32,000 bases of DNA. Origin: Candidatus Saccharimonadota bacterium. GTDB lineage: Bacteria; Pseudomonadota; Gammaproteobacteria; Enterobacterales; Enterobacteriaceae. Each line of letters begins with the position of its first letter. Within the stretch, counting starts at the first letter, position 1. The DNA is taken from contig CP188087.1 in NCBI GenBank assembly GCA_049942775.1, positions 330,001 through 362,000 on the forward strand. Reading direction: 5' to 3'. The position numbers and the translations under genes were made by a program. This document shows positions 19,713 through 28,943 of the stretch, piece by piece. Under the pieces are notes generated by a model that had not been told where the DNA came from, made no database searches, and worked only from the letters and a program-made list of their open reading frames with translations.

Positions 19713-21209
19713 TTATGTTTTAATGTTTTTATTAAACCAAAAACAAGCTTTTCTAGCTAACATAATTAATTTACCTGCTTTTGTAGAATCCAATAACTTA
19801 ATACTTATTATATCATCTATACTTTGTTCAGCTAAATTTTCTATTGTAAATACATTTTTTTTAAACAATTCAATCGCAATAATTTTATTCATTCCGTTTA
19901 ATTCTAAAATTCTTTTATCTAAAATTATTTTTTCCATTTTATATTTTTCTTTATTTTTCATATTAATTAATGCTAATTGAGCTTTTTTCTGTATTATAGA
20001 AAATTTTTCTTTACTAATTTTTTTTATTTTTAATATATCTTCATAAGAAGCTAAAACTAATTCTTCTAGTTTAGAAAAACCTTCATTTACTAAAATTTCT
20101 GCAATTTCACTCGTAATGTTTAATGTCTTTTTAAAATTATTTACTGTTACTAAAAATTCTTTTTCATTTTTTTTATTTAATTCTTCTACAGTCATTACAT
20201 TTAGTTCCCAACCAGTTAATTGAGAAGCTAAACGAACATTTTGTCCATTTCTCCCAATGGATTGTGCTAAATTATTAATTTCAACTGCAATGTCCATTGT
20301 ATGATTGTCTTCATCTACAACAATAGATGAAACTTCAGCTGGAGACATTGCATTAATAACAAATTGAGGTGGGTTATCATCCCACAATACAACATCAATC
20401 CTTTCTCCACATAATTCACTTGAAACTGCTTGAACTCTAGCCCCTCTCATTCCTACACAAGCTCCTACTGGATCAATTCTTTTATCATTTGTTTTTACTG
20501 CAATTTTTGCTCTAGACCCAGGATCTCTAGCTGTTGCTTTTATTTCAATTAGTTCTTCTCCTATTTCAGGAACTTCAATTTTAAATAATCCAATAAGCAT
20601 TTCATCTTTAGATCTACTAATAAACAATTGTATTCCTTTAGATTCTGGAGAAATACGATATAAAATTCCACGAACACGATCTCCTGGACGAAAATTTTCC
20701 CTAGGTAACATGTCTTCTTTTGTTACCATTGCTTCAGCATTGTCTCCTACATCTAAAATTATACTATCTCTATTTATTTTTTTTACAATACCTGTTAAAA
20801 TTTCACCCTTATGATTTTTAAATTCTTCAACCACCATAGCTCTTTCAGCTTCACGAACTTTTTGTACGATAACTTGTTTAGCTGTTTGTGTTGTAATTCT
20901 ATCAAAATTCACTGAACTAATTTCATCTTCTATATAATCATGAATATTAGTTGTACTATCATAAAAATTTGCTGCTTCGAAAGTAATTTCTCGAGTAGGA
21001 TTAGAAACATCTTTAACCACTATCCAACGACGAAAAGTTTTAAAATTTCCAGTTTTTCTATCTATATTAACTCGAATGTCAACATCTCGTTCATATTTTT
21101 TTTTTGTTGCTGTAGCTAATGCAATTTCTAAAGCTTCAAAAATTTTTTCTCTAGGTAAAGATTTTTCGTTAGAAACTGCTTCAACGACAGATAGAATGTT
21201 TTTATTCAT
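19713..21209 (-). CDS. nusA: Transcription termination/antitermination factor NusA
   Basis: 498 aa. [39 protein letters not shown] matches E. coli NusA. S1 and KH domains are present, along with C-terminal acidic repeats. SD AAGGA for infB lies in the 12-bp nusA-infB spacer. Confidence 0.96.
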   Translation of the reverse strand: MNKNILSVVEAVSNEKSLPREKIFEALEIALATATKKKYERDVDIRVNIDRKTGNFKTFRRWIVVKDVSNPTREITFEAANFYDSTTNIHDYIEDEISSVNFDRITTQTAKQVIVQKVREAERAMVVEEFKNHKGEILTGIVKKINRDSIILDVGDNAEAMVTKEDMLPRENFRPGDRVRGILYRISPESKGIQLFISRSKDEMLIGLFKIEVPEIGEELIEIKATARDPGSRAKIAVKTNDKRIDPVGACVGMRGARVQAVSSELCGERIDVVLWDDNPPQFVINAMSPAEVSSIVVDEDNHTMDIAVEINNLAQSIGRNGQNVRLASQLTGWELNVMTVEELNKKNEKEFLVTVNNFKKTLNITSEIAEILVNEGFSKLEELVLASYEDILKIKKISKEKFSIIQKKAQLALINMKNKEKYKMEKIILDKRILELNGMNKIIAIELFKKNVFTIENLAEQSIDDIISIKLLDSTKAGKLIMLARKACFWFNKNIKT

Positions 21210-21477
21210 GTTAATTAACCTTTAATTCATTTTTTTAAATTAACAAAGCATCAATATCAACTAATTTTAAAAAAAATATTAATTTTAAACGCTGTAATTC
21301 TGCTATCAACTTAAAATAAAAATAAAAAAAATTACCTTTTATACACTATTTAAATTTAAAAAAATAAAAAATTAAGATCTAAACCATAAAAAACTAAATA
21401 TTATTTGATAAAATCTTAAAGATTTTTAAATCTTAAACTAATGTTTTATATTATTTAATTTTATTTTATAAAAACAA

Positions 21478-21504
21478 AAAACCCCGATTAAATTTCGAGG
21501 TTTT
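21478..21504 (-). terminator. Intrinsic terminator downstream of tRNA-Leu (end of the secG-tRNA-Leu unit)
   Basis: The minus-strand RNA reads aaaaccucga-aauuuaa-ucgggguuuu followed by uguuuuuauaaaa. That gives an 8-10 bp stem with four G:C pairs and one G.U (a C.A mismatch on the plus strand, so folding is better on the minus strand), then a U tract. It is one of the few GC islands in the window. Confidence 0.55.
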
Positions 21505-21608
21505 CATGTTTAACCCTTTTTGGAAAATATTTCAAATTTAATTAAAATTTAATTAATTAAAAAAAAAAATAAAACTTTCTAAAATAGAAAAAATTTTTAA
21601 AAAGTTTG

Positions 21609-21700
21609 TACCGAGGACGGGAATCGAACCCGCAAGCTTTTACAAAATTACAAGCACTACTTCCTCAAAGTAGTGTGTTTACCTATTTCACCACCTCGGT
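21609..21700 (-). tRNA. leuU: tRNA-Leu, anticodon GAG (type II, long variable arm), no encoded CCA
   Basis: Reverse complement: ACCGAGG-TG-GTGAAATAGGTAAACAC-A-CTACT-TTGAGGA-AGTAG-T-GCTTGTAATTTTGTAAAAGC-TT-GCGGG-TTCGATT-CCCGT-CCTCGGT-A. The 7-bp acceptor stem pairs perfectly. The anticodon loop is TT-GAG-GA and the T loop is TTCGATT. It lies immediately downstream of secG, as leuU does in E. coli. The bases after discriminator A are CAA, not CCA. Confidence 0.9.
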
Positions 21701-21756
21701 TTTAAAAAAAATATTTTCATACACTTAACTAAAAAAATTTTTCTAACAACAATTAT

Positions 21757-22056
21757 TTAAAAAACATTTTTTTTACTGACTGAATTTGATAACAAACTAT
21801 TTGTTTCATAAAAAGTAATTATTCTACACAAGAACAAAGCAGAAATAAAAAAAATAGCAGCTAAAATTGCAGTTGTTATCATTAAAAAATGATTGCTAGT
21901 ATTATTTCGATATATCATTTTTTCTAAAGAATTTAATTCAGCTGATGTAATAGAACTATCATTTACATTGTTGTTAAAAACAATTAAGATAATTAAAAAC
22001 AATGAGGAAATAAAAAAAATTGTAAAAAAAAATCGTACATAATTAATTTTCTCCAA
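21757..22056 (-). CDS. secG: Protein-export membrane protein SecG (highly diverged)
   Basis: 99 aa with two hydrophobic segments. The second, SNHFLMITTAILAAIFFISALFL, aligns with E. coli SecG GNFMTRMTALLATLFFIISLVL. Its position between ftsH and tRNA-Leu matches the E. coli secG-leuU arrangement. The only in-frame start is TTG at 22054-22056. Confidence 0.7.
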   Translation of the reverse strand: MEKINYVRFFFTIFFISSLFLIILIVFNNNVNDSSITSAELNSLEKMIYRNNTSNHFLMITTAILAAIFFISALFLCRIITFYETNSLLSNSVSKKNVF

Positions 22057-22233
22057 ATTAAAAATAAATTATTTTAAAAAATAATTAATTTTTCTTTTCC
22101 AATAATTTTATTTTTATCTAAAATAATGTATTTTAAAAAATAAAGACTATTATATATAACTAATAATATATTTTTCTTTTCCAAACAATTTAGATTATCA
22201 CTAAATAACAAATATATTATTAAAAAAATATAT

Positions 22234-24066
22234 TTAAGTATTACTTTCATTGAACGTAAGATTGGATCTTACTTCTTTTCGATTCATCAAATCATCTATT
22301 TGATCTGAATCTATAGTTTCATATTTCATTAACGCGTCTTTCATAGCGTGTAATATGTCTATATTTTCTTTCAGTATTTTTTTAGACCTATTATAATTAT
22401 TTTTTATTAAAAATCGAACTTCTTCATCAATTAATTTTGCAGTTTCATTAGACATATATTTGAATTTATTATTTGAGGTTTTTTTTAAAAACGTATCTCC
22501 TTCTTCTTCAGTATATAACAATGGTCCTAATTTATCTGAAAAACCCCATTTAGTAATCATATTTTTAGCAATAGAAGTTGCTAACTTTATATCATTAGAT
22601 GAACCAGTCGACACACAATCAATTCCATAAATAATTTCTTCTGCTAATCTACCTCCATATAAAGTTGATATTTGACTTTCTAGTTTTTTCTTACTAACAC
22701 TTAATAGATCTTCTTTAGGAAGAAAAAAAGTTACTCCTAATGCATTCCCTCTAGGTATTATAGTAACTTTATGTGCAGGATCATGGTCTGGAACTAAACG
22801 ACCAACTATTACATGACCTGCTTCATGATATGCAGTTGATTCTTTTTGTAAATCAGTCATAACCATTGATTTTCTTTCACTTCCCATAATAATTTTATCT
22901 TTAGCTTGTTCTAACTCTTTCATTGATACTACTAATTTATTATTTCTTGCTGAAGATAAAGCAGCTTCATTCACTAAATTGGCTAAATCTGCTCCAGAAA
23001 AACCAGGAGTTCCTCTAGCTATAACCATAGCAACAACTTTTTTATCTAATGGAACTTTTTTCATATGTACTTTTAATATTTGTTCTCTACCTCGTATATC
23101 AGGTAATGGAACCATAATTTGTCTATCAAAACGTCCAGGTCTTAATAATGCTGGATCTAAAACATCGGGTCTATTAGTTGCTGCGATCAATAAAATTCCT
23201 TCATTGTCTTCAAATCCATCCATTTCTACTAACATCTGATTTAAAGTCTGTTCCCTTTCATCATGTCCACCCCCAAAACCAGAACCTCTATGCCTTCCTA
23301 CAGCATCAATTTCATCAATAAAGATTATACAAGGTGCAGACTTTCTAGAATTTTCAAACATATCTCTAACTCTAGAGGCTCCAACTCCAACAAACATTTC
23401 TACAAAATCAGATCCAGAAATTATAAAAAAAGGAACCTTAGCTTCTCCAGCAATTGCTTTAGCTAATAATGTTTTTCCTGTTCCAGGTGGACCTACCATG
23501 AGTAATCCTTTAGGAATTTTACCTCCTAATTTTTTAAATTTATCCGGTTCTTTTAAATATTCTACTAATTCTTTAACTTCATCTTTAGCTTCATCACAAC
23601 CAGCTACATCAAGAAAACTTGTTTTATTATTTTTTTCTTCTAACATTCTAGCTTTACTTTTACCAAAAGATATTGCCCCTCTACCTCCTCCTAATTGCAT
23701 TTGTCTCATGAAAAAAAACCATATTCCAATTAGCAATAACATTGGAAACCATGATATTAAAATTGAAATTAAGATACTAGGTTCAATTGGAAAATTTCCA
23801 ATAGTCTTTACATTTTTTATCAATAAATTATCCAATAATTTTGGATCATTAATTGGCATCATGGTTACATACTTACTACCATCCTTTCTAATTACACTAA
23901 TTTTTCGACCATCAATATGTGCTTCACTAACTTGATCTTGGTTTACTTCCGATAAAAAAGTTGAGTAGTCTCTTATATTGATTTTTTCTTCATTAAAATT
24001 AATGTTATTAAAAATTGAAATCAATATAACAGCAACAAAAAACCAAAGGATCAGGTTTTTACCCAT
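22234..24066 (-). CDS. ftsH: ATP-dependent zinc metalloprotease FtsH
   Basis: The ORF track starts at TTG 24096. Homology begins at ATG 24066: [19 protein letters not shown] versus E. coli MAKNLILWLVIAVVLMSVF. Motifs: Walker [19 protein letters not shown], Walker [13 protein letters not shown], and the zinc motif HEAGHVIVG. Confidence 0.95.
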   Translation of the reverse strand: MGKNLILWFFVAVILISIFNNINFNEEKINIRDYSTFLSEVNQDQVSEAHIDGRKISVIRKDGSKYVTMMPINDPKLLDNLLIKNVKTIGNFPIEPSILISILISWFPMLLLIGIWFFFMRQMQLGGGRGAISFGKSKARMLEEKNNKTSFLDVAGCDEAKDEVKELVEYLKEPDKFKKLGGKIPKGLLMVGPPGTGKTLLAKAIAGEAKVPFFIISGSDFVEMFVGVGASRVRDMFENSRKSAPCIIFIDEIDAVGRHRGSGFGGGHDEREQTLNQMLVEMDGFEDNEGILLIAATNRPDVLDPALLRPGRFDRQIMVPLPDIRGREQILKVHMKKVPLDKKVVAMVIARGTPGFSGADLANLVNEAALSSARNNKLVVSMKELEQAKDKIIMGSERKSMVMTDLQKESTAYHEAGHVIVGRLVPDHDPAHKVTIIPRGNALGVTFFLPKEDLLSVSKKKLESQISTLYGGRLAEEIIYGIDCVSTGSSNDIKLATSIAKNMITKWGFSDKLGPLLYTEEEGDTFLKKTSNNKFKYMSNETAKLIDEEVRFLIKNNYNRSKKILKENIDILHAMKDALMKYETIDSDQIDDLMNRKEVRSNLTFNESNT

Positions 24067-24122
24067 GTCATTCAATGGATTAACCTCACAGTACAATTTG
24101 TATTAAATATTAGCATAAAAAG

Positions 24123-24755
24123 TTATTTTTTTTTTAACTTGGATGCTACAATAAATACTTCTCGAGAACGACCTCTTGAAGAGTTAGGTTTACGAATTTT
24201 AATATTTGAAAACAAAATACTAACTTTGTTAAAAAATTTTTTAAATCCTGTTCCTTGAAATGTTTTTAATATAATTTTTCCATTGTCTGAAAGTACTAAT
24301 TTTGAAATTGAAATAGCAATGTCCCCTAAAAGAAACATTTTAGGTAAATCAATTAAAGGATTTCCACTAGTATTTGGTGACATATCAGACATTAATATAT
24401 TTATATTTACATTTTTTACTAAAAGTAATATTTTTTTTAAAATACTAATCTTTCTTAAATCTCCCTGAATAAAATTCACATTTGTTATAAAATTCATAGG
24501 AATGATATCACAAGAAAAAACTTTTCCTAACTTCCCAACTTTTTTAGAAGCATATTTTGACCAACTTCCAGGAGAAGAACCTAAATCTAAAACATTCATT
24601 CCTGACTTGAATAATTGATCTTTTTTATCTATTTCTTGTAATTTAAACCAAGCTCGTGAAATCAATTTATGTTTATGAGATTTTTTAACATATTCATCTT
24701 TAAAGTGTTCTGATAGCCATAATTTTGAACTACGAGAACGTTTTTTAAGTTTCAT
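24123..24755 (-). CDS. rlmE: 23S rRNA (uridine2552-2'-O)-methyltransferase RlmE (FtsJ/RrmJ)
   Basis: 210 aa. SRAWFKLQEIDKKDQLFKSGMNVLDLGSSPGSWSKYA matches E. coli [37 protein letters not shown]. It lies directly upstream of ftsH, as in E. coli. Confidence 0.93.
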   Translation of the reverse strand: MKLKKRSRSSKLWLSEHFKDEYVKKSHKHKLISRAWFKLQEIDKKDQLFKSGMNVLDLGSSPGSWSKYASKKVGKLGKVFSCDIIPMNFITNVNFIQGDLRKISILKKILLLVKNVNINILMSDMSPNTSGNPLIDLPKMFLLGDIAISISKLVLSDNGKIILKTFQGTGFKKFFNKVSILFSNIKIRKPNSSRGRSREVFIVASKLKKK

Positions 24756-24785
24756 AATATTATTCTTTAAATTCTAAAAAAAAAA

Positions 24786-25268
24786 CTACTTATGTTGTAT
24801 TTTTAAAATCTTATATTCAACATTACCTCTTGGAGTCTTAATAGAAACCACATCTTCTTTTTTTTTTCCGATCAATCCTCTAGCTATTGGAGAATTTATA
24901 GAAACAAAGTTCTTCTTTAGATCAGATTCTTCATCACCAACAATACAATATGTGAATTCTTTATTTATCTTTAAATTTAAAACAGTTACTGTTGTTCCAA
25001 AAATTACTTTTCCAGTATTTTTAATTTTAGTAACATCTATTATTTGAGAATATGACAGTTTATTTTCTATTTCTTTAATTCTTCCTTCACAAAAACTTTG
25101 TTCTTCTCTAGCAGAGTGATATTCCGCATTTTCTTTTAGGTCTCCATGTTCTCTTGCTTTTGCTATTTCTGAAATTATTTTTGGACGTAATTTATTTTTT
25201 AAATATTTTAATTCTGTTTGTAATTTTTCAAGACCAGATACAGTCATTGGAATATGATTAATTTTCAT
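24786..25268 (-). CDS. greA: Transcript cleavage factor GreA
   Basis: 160 aa. [34 protein letters not shown] and [19 protein letters not shown] match E. coli GreA almost residue for residue. Confidence 0.95.
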   Translation of the reverse strand: MKINHIPMTVSGLEKLQTELKYLKNKLRPKIISEIAKAREHGDLKENAEYHSAREEQSFCEGRIKEIENKLSYSQIIDVTKIKNTGKVIFGTTVTVLNLKINKEFTYCIVGDEESDLKKNFVSINSPIARGLIGKKKEDVVSIKTPRGNVEYKILKIQHK

Positions 25269-25685
25269 ATTTATACATTTACCTTTTTTACTTAAAAAAA
25301 TTAATTCGTTTAATAAAAATTTTAATATTAAATTTATTTATAAAAAAATAGTTAATGCATCTAATTTTATACTTATTAAGATTTTTCAACAGTATAAAAT
25401 TAGTATTAACTAATTAAAAATACAGATGAATTTTCATAAAAAACTTGATATGAAAGATCTTAAATACTAAGATGATATTATCTTAATAAGATATTAAGAA
25501 TACCTGAAATACCGATATGATTTCTTAATTATATAAGCTTGTACAAGAAGATCTTAAATATTAATTTTTTATTAAATGTTATAAAATAAAAAACGATTAT
25601 ATCAAAAATTTTTAATATTCCGAATAATTAAAAAATTAAATCAACAAAATAACTGAAAAAAAACAATATAACCAAAAAAAAAAAT

Positions 25686-25961
25686 ATGGAAACTGAACAA
25701 ATAAAATCGATTTTAATAAATTCGTTATCATTAGAAGATGTTTATATAAATGGAAATAATAACTATATGGAAATAATAGCAATTAGTGATATTTTTTGTG
25801 GTATGTCAGACGTGAAAAAACAACAAATAATTTATTCTCCATTAATGAAATATTTTAAAAATAAAAATATTCATTCTGTTTCAATAGAAACATATACGAA
25901 AAAAGAATGGAAAAAAAAAATATTAAAATCAAAAAATCAATTCAACAAAATAACTAAATAA
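25686..25961 (+). CDS. ibaG: BolA-family protein IbaG (YrbA)
   Basis: 91 aa. METEQIKSILINSLSLEDVYINGNNNYMEIIAISDIFCGMSDVKKQQIIYSPLMKYFKNKNIHSVSIETYT is co-linear with E. coli YrbA [71 protein letters not shown]. Confidence 0.88.
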   Translation: METEQIKSILINSLSLEDVYINGNNNYMEIIAISDIFCGMSDVKKQQIIYSPLMKYFKNKNIHSVSIETYTKKEWKKKILKSKNQFNKITK

Positions 25962-25994
25962 AACATATATTCTTAATATATGACGGAGATAAAC

Positions 25995-26309
25995 ATGTAT
26001 GCTATCTTTATTTGTAAAAACAAACAATACAAAGCAAATGTAGGGGAAATAATCAAAACAGAGAAAATAGAAAAGAATATAGGAGAAACAATTGACTTTA
26101 ATAAAATATTAATGATTAAAGATCAGAGTACACATATAGGAAAACCTTATTTAATAAACTATCTTATAAGAGCTGTTATAATTTCTCAAAAAAAAAATAA
26201 AAAAATAAACATAATAAAATTTAAAAGAAGAAAACATTATAAAAAACAACAAGGACACAGACAAAAATTTACTGAAATAAAAATAACAGAAATTATTAAA
26301 ACCAATTAA
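25995..26309 (+). CDS. rplU: 50S ribosomal protein L21
   Basis: The ORF track starts at 25980. Homology starts at ATG 25995 (MYAIFICKNKQYKANVGE versus E. coli MYAVFQSGGKQHRVSEGQ), with GGAG at 25985-25988 six nt upstream. KFKRRKHYKKQQGHRQKFTEIKIT is conserved. Confidence 0.93.
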   Translation: MYAIFICKNKQYKANVGEIIKTEKIEKNIGETIDFNKILMIKDQSTHIGKPYLINYLIRAVIISQKKNKKINIIKFKRRKHYKKQQGHRQKFTEIKITEIIKTN

Positions 26310-26331
26310 TGAACATATAAGGAATTAAAAA

Positions 26332-26592
26332 ATGGCACATAAAAAAGCTGGTGGTTCTAGTAGAAATGGTAGAGATTCAAAATCAAAAAGATTAGGAATA
26401 AAAAAATTTGGAGGAGAACTGGTATTCCCTGGGAATATAATTCTTAAACAAAGAGGAACTAAATTTCATCCAGGACAAAATACAGGTTGTGGAAAGGATC
26501 ATACAATATTCTCAAAATTAAAAGGATATGTCAAATTTACTAAAAAAGGAGTAAAAAACAAAAAATACGTTGAAATAATAGAAAAAAAATAA
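26332..26592 (+). CDS. rpmA: 50S ribosomal protein L27
   Basis: 86 aa with the canonical L27 N-terminus [35 protein letters not shown] lies upstream. Confidence 0.97.
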   Translation: MAHKKAGGSSRNGRDSKSKRLGIKKFGGELVFPGNIILKQRGTKFHPGQNTGCGKDHTIFSKLKGYVKFTKKGVKNKKYVEIIEKK

Positions 26593-26654
26593 TTTTTTTA
26601 AATTATTCAAAAATTTTAAAAAATTATATTTTTTAAAAATTTAAAATTTATTAA

Positions 26655-27719
<1,065 letters not shown>

Positions 27720-27779
27720 ATTTTATACTAATTTTTCATTTATTCATAATATAAAAAAATTAAAATGAAAAAACTCAAG

Positions 27780-27809
27780 AACCCGGTATGACAAAAAATA
27801 ATCCGGGTT
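27780..27809. terminator. GC-containing hairpin between convergent obg and rpsI; candidate bidirectional terminator
   Basis: aacccgg (27780-27786) pairs perfectly with ccgggtt (27803-27809) across a 16-nt loop. It is followed by tt on the plus strand, and on the minus strand by cttgagttttttc. Confidence 0.5.
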
Positions 27810-27854
27810 TTAGAAATATCACTAGAAAAAATAATTATACTAAAAGATTAATAA

Positions 27855-28250
27855 TTATCGTTTAGAAAATTGAGGTTTTTTTCTAGATTTTCTTAAACCT
27901 ACCTTTTTTCTTTCAACTTCTCTAGAATCTCTAGTTACAAATCCTGATTTTCTTAATGTTGTTCTAAGAGAATCATCATATCTTATTAATGCTCTTGTAA
28001 TTCCTTGTCTAATAGCTCCAGCCTGGCTAGAAATTCCACCTCCCTTAACGGTAATATAAAAATTAAATTTTTCTAATAAATTTAAAATGATTAGTGGTTG
28101 TTTAACTACCATACATGAAGTTTTCCTACCAAAATATTGTTCTAATGTTTTTTTGTTTACAATAATGTTTCCAATTCCTAAACTAAGAAAAACCCTTGCT
28201 GAAGAAGTTTTCCTACGACCAGTACCATAATAATTTTTTATATTTTTCAT
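27855..28250 (-). CDS. rpsI: 30S ribosomal protein S9
   Basis: 131 aa. [16 protein letters not shown] and the C-terminal ...[12 protein letters not shown] are canonical S9. Confidence 0.97.
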   Translation of the reverse strand: MKNIKNYYGTGRRKTSSARVFLSLGIGNIIVNKKTLEQYFGRKTSCMVVKQPLIILNLLEKFNFYITVKGGGISSQAGAIRQGITRALIRYDDSLRTTLRKSGFVTRDSREVERKKVGLRKSRKKPQFSKR

Positions 28251-28269
28251 ACTACTTATTTACCTTTAT

Positions 28270-28698
28270 CTAAAAATTTAATATTTTAGGTTGTTGAGCA
28301 TGATGACTATGTATAGAACCAGAAAAAACTTTTAATTTTTTTAACATTTTTCTACCTAATGGTCCTTTTGGTAACATTCCTTTTACTGCATTTTTAATTA
28401 TTTTTTCTGGATTTTTAATTAACATTTCTTTAAAAGTAATTTTTCTAAGACCGCCTGAATAACCAGTATAATGAAAATATATTTTTTTTGAATTTTTTTT
28501 TCCACTAACTATGATTTTACTGGAATTTAAAACTATTAAAAAATCTCCTGTATCGATGTGAGGAGTATATTCAACTTTATGTTTTCCACGTAATATAATT
28601 GATAATTTTGTTGCTAATCTTCCTAAAATCTGTCCACAGGCATCAACTATAAACCAAGTTCTTTTTATATTTTTTATTTTTGCTGAACTAGTTTTCAT
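28270..28698 (-). CDS. rplM: 50S ribosomal protein L13
   Basis: The ORF track starts at TTG 28713. Homology starts at ATG 28698 ([30 protein letters not shown] versus E. coli [30 protein letters not shown]), giving 142 aa as in E. coli. Confidence 0.95.
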   Translation of the reverse strand: MKTSSAKIKNIKRTWFIVDACGQILGRLATKLSIILRGKHKVEYTPHIDTGDFLIVLNSSKIIVSGKKNSKKIYFHYTGYSGGLRKITFKEMLIKNPEKIIKNAVKGMLPKGPLGRKMLKKLKVFSGSIHSHHAQQPKILNF

Positions 28699-28943
28699 AA
28701 CTTTTTTTTCCAAATAATTGCGTAAAAATAATTTTCAATTTTTAAATTAACATAAAAATATGATATATTTTTTAGAAACAAAATACAAAAAAATATTCAT
28801 AATACAACAAAATTTAAATACAAGAAAACATAAAATAATTTATAGTTAAATTTATAATAAGTAAAAATTAATATTTTTTTAAAATATTTTTAAAAAACAC
28901 TTAATCATCTATTTATCTATTGATGATATTACAGGTAATTTAT

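Noticed and set aside
17215-19980. Plus-strand ORFs antisense to infB and nusA (17215-17457, 17737-18063, 18754-18945, 19126-19581, 19723-19980; also 16918-17246 over rbfA)
   Set aside because: Each lies entirely within, and opposite to, a strongly conserved gene. Their translations are F/L/I/S low complexity, the complement of K/N/E-rich sense codons. Stop codons are depleted on the antisense strand of A-rich genes, which produces such ORFs.
21411-21440. Recurring atcttaaa motif (twice at 21411-21440 and within the 25454/25548 repeats) as a shared regulatory word
   Set aside because: An 8-mer with a single G/C is expected roughly ten times by chance in 32 kb on two strands at this composition, so it is not significant on its own.
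22979-23935. Three plus-strand ORFs antisense to ftsH (22979-23239, 23263-23466, 23498-23935)
   Set aside because: They are antisense to one of the best-conserved genes in the window and have no independent motif support. The same reasoning applies to the antisense ORFs in valS (5920-6177), pepA (8302-8994), deaD (11587-11883), rlmE (24283-24468), pheA (28940-29245, 29567-29755) and ffh (30967-31185, 31342-31578).
24067-24096. N-terminal extensions offered by the ORF track (ftsH from TTG 24096; asnS from 2809; rplU from 25980; rplM from TTG 28713; pheA from TTG 28920)
   Set aside because: In each case the alignment with the E. coli orthologue begins at a downstream ATG. For rplU, that ATG also has a properly spaced SD. 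The extensions are just open sequence upstream of the true start.
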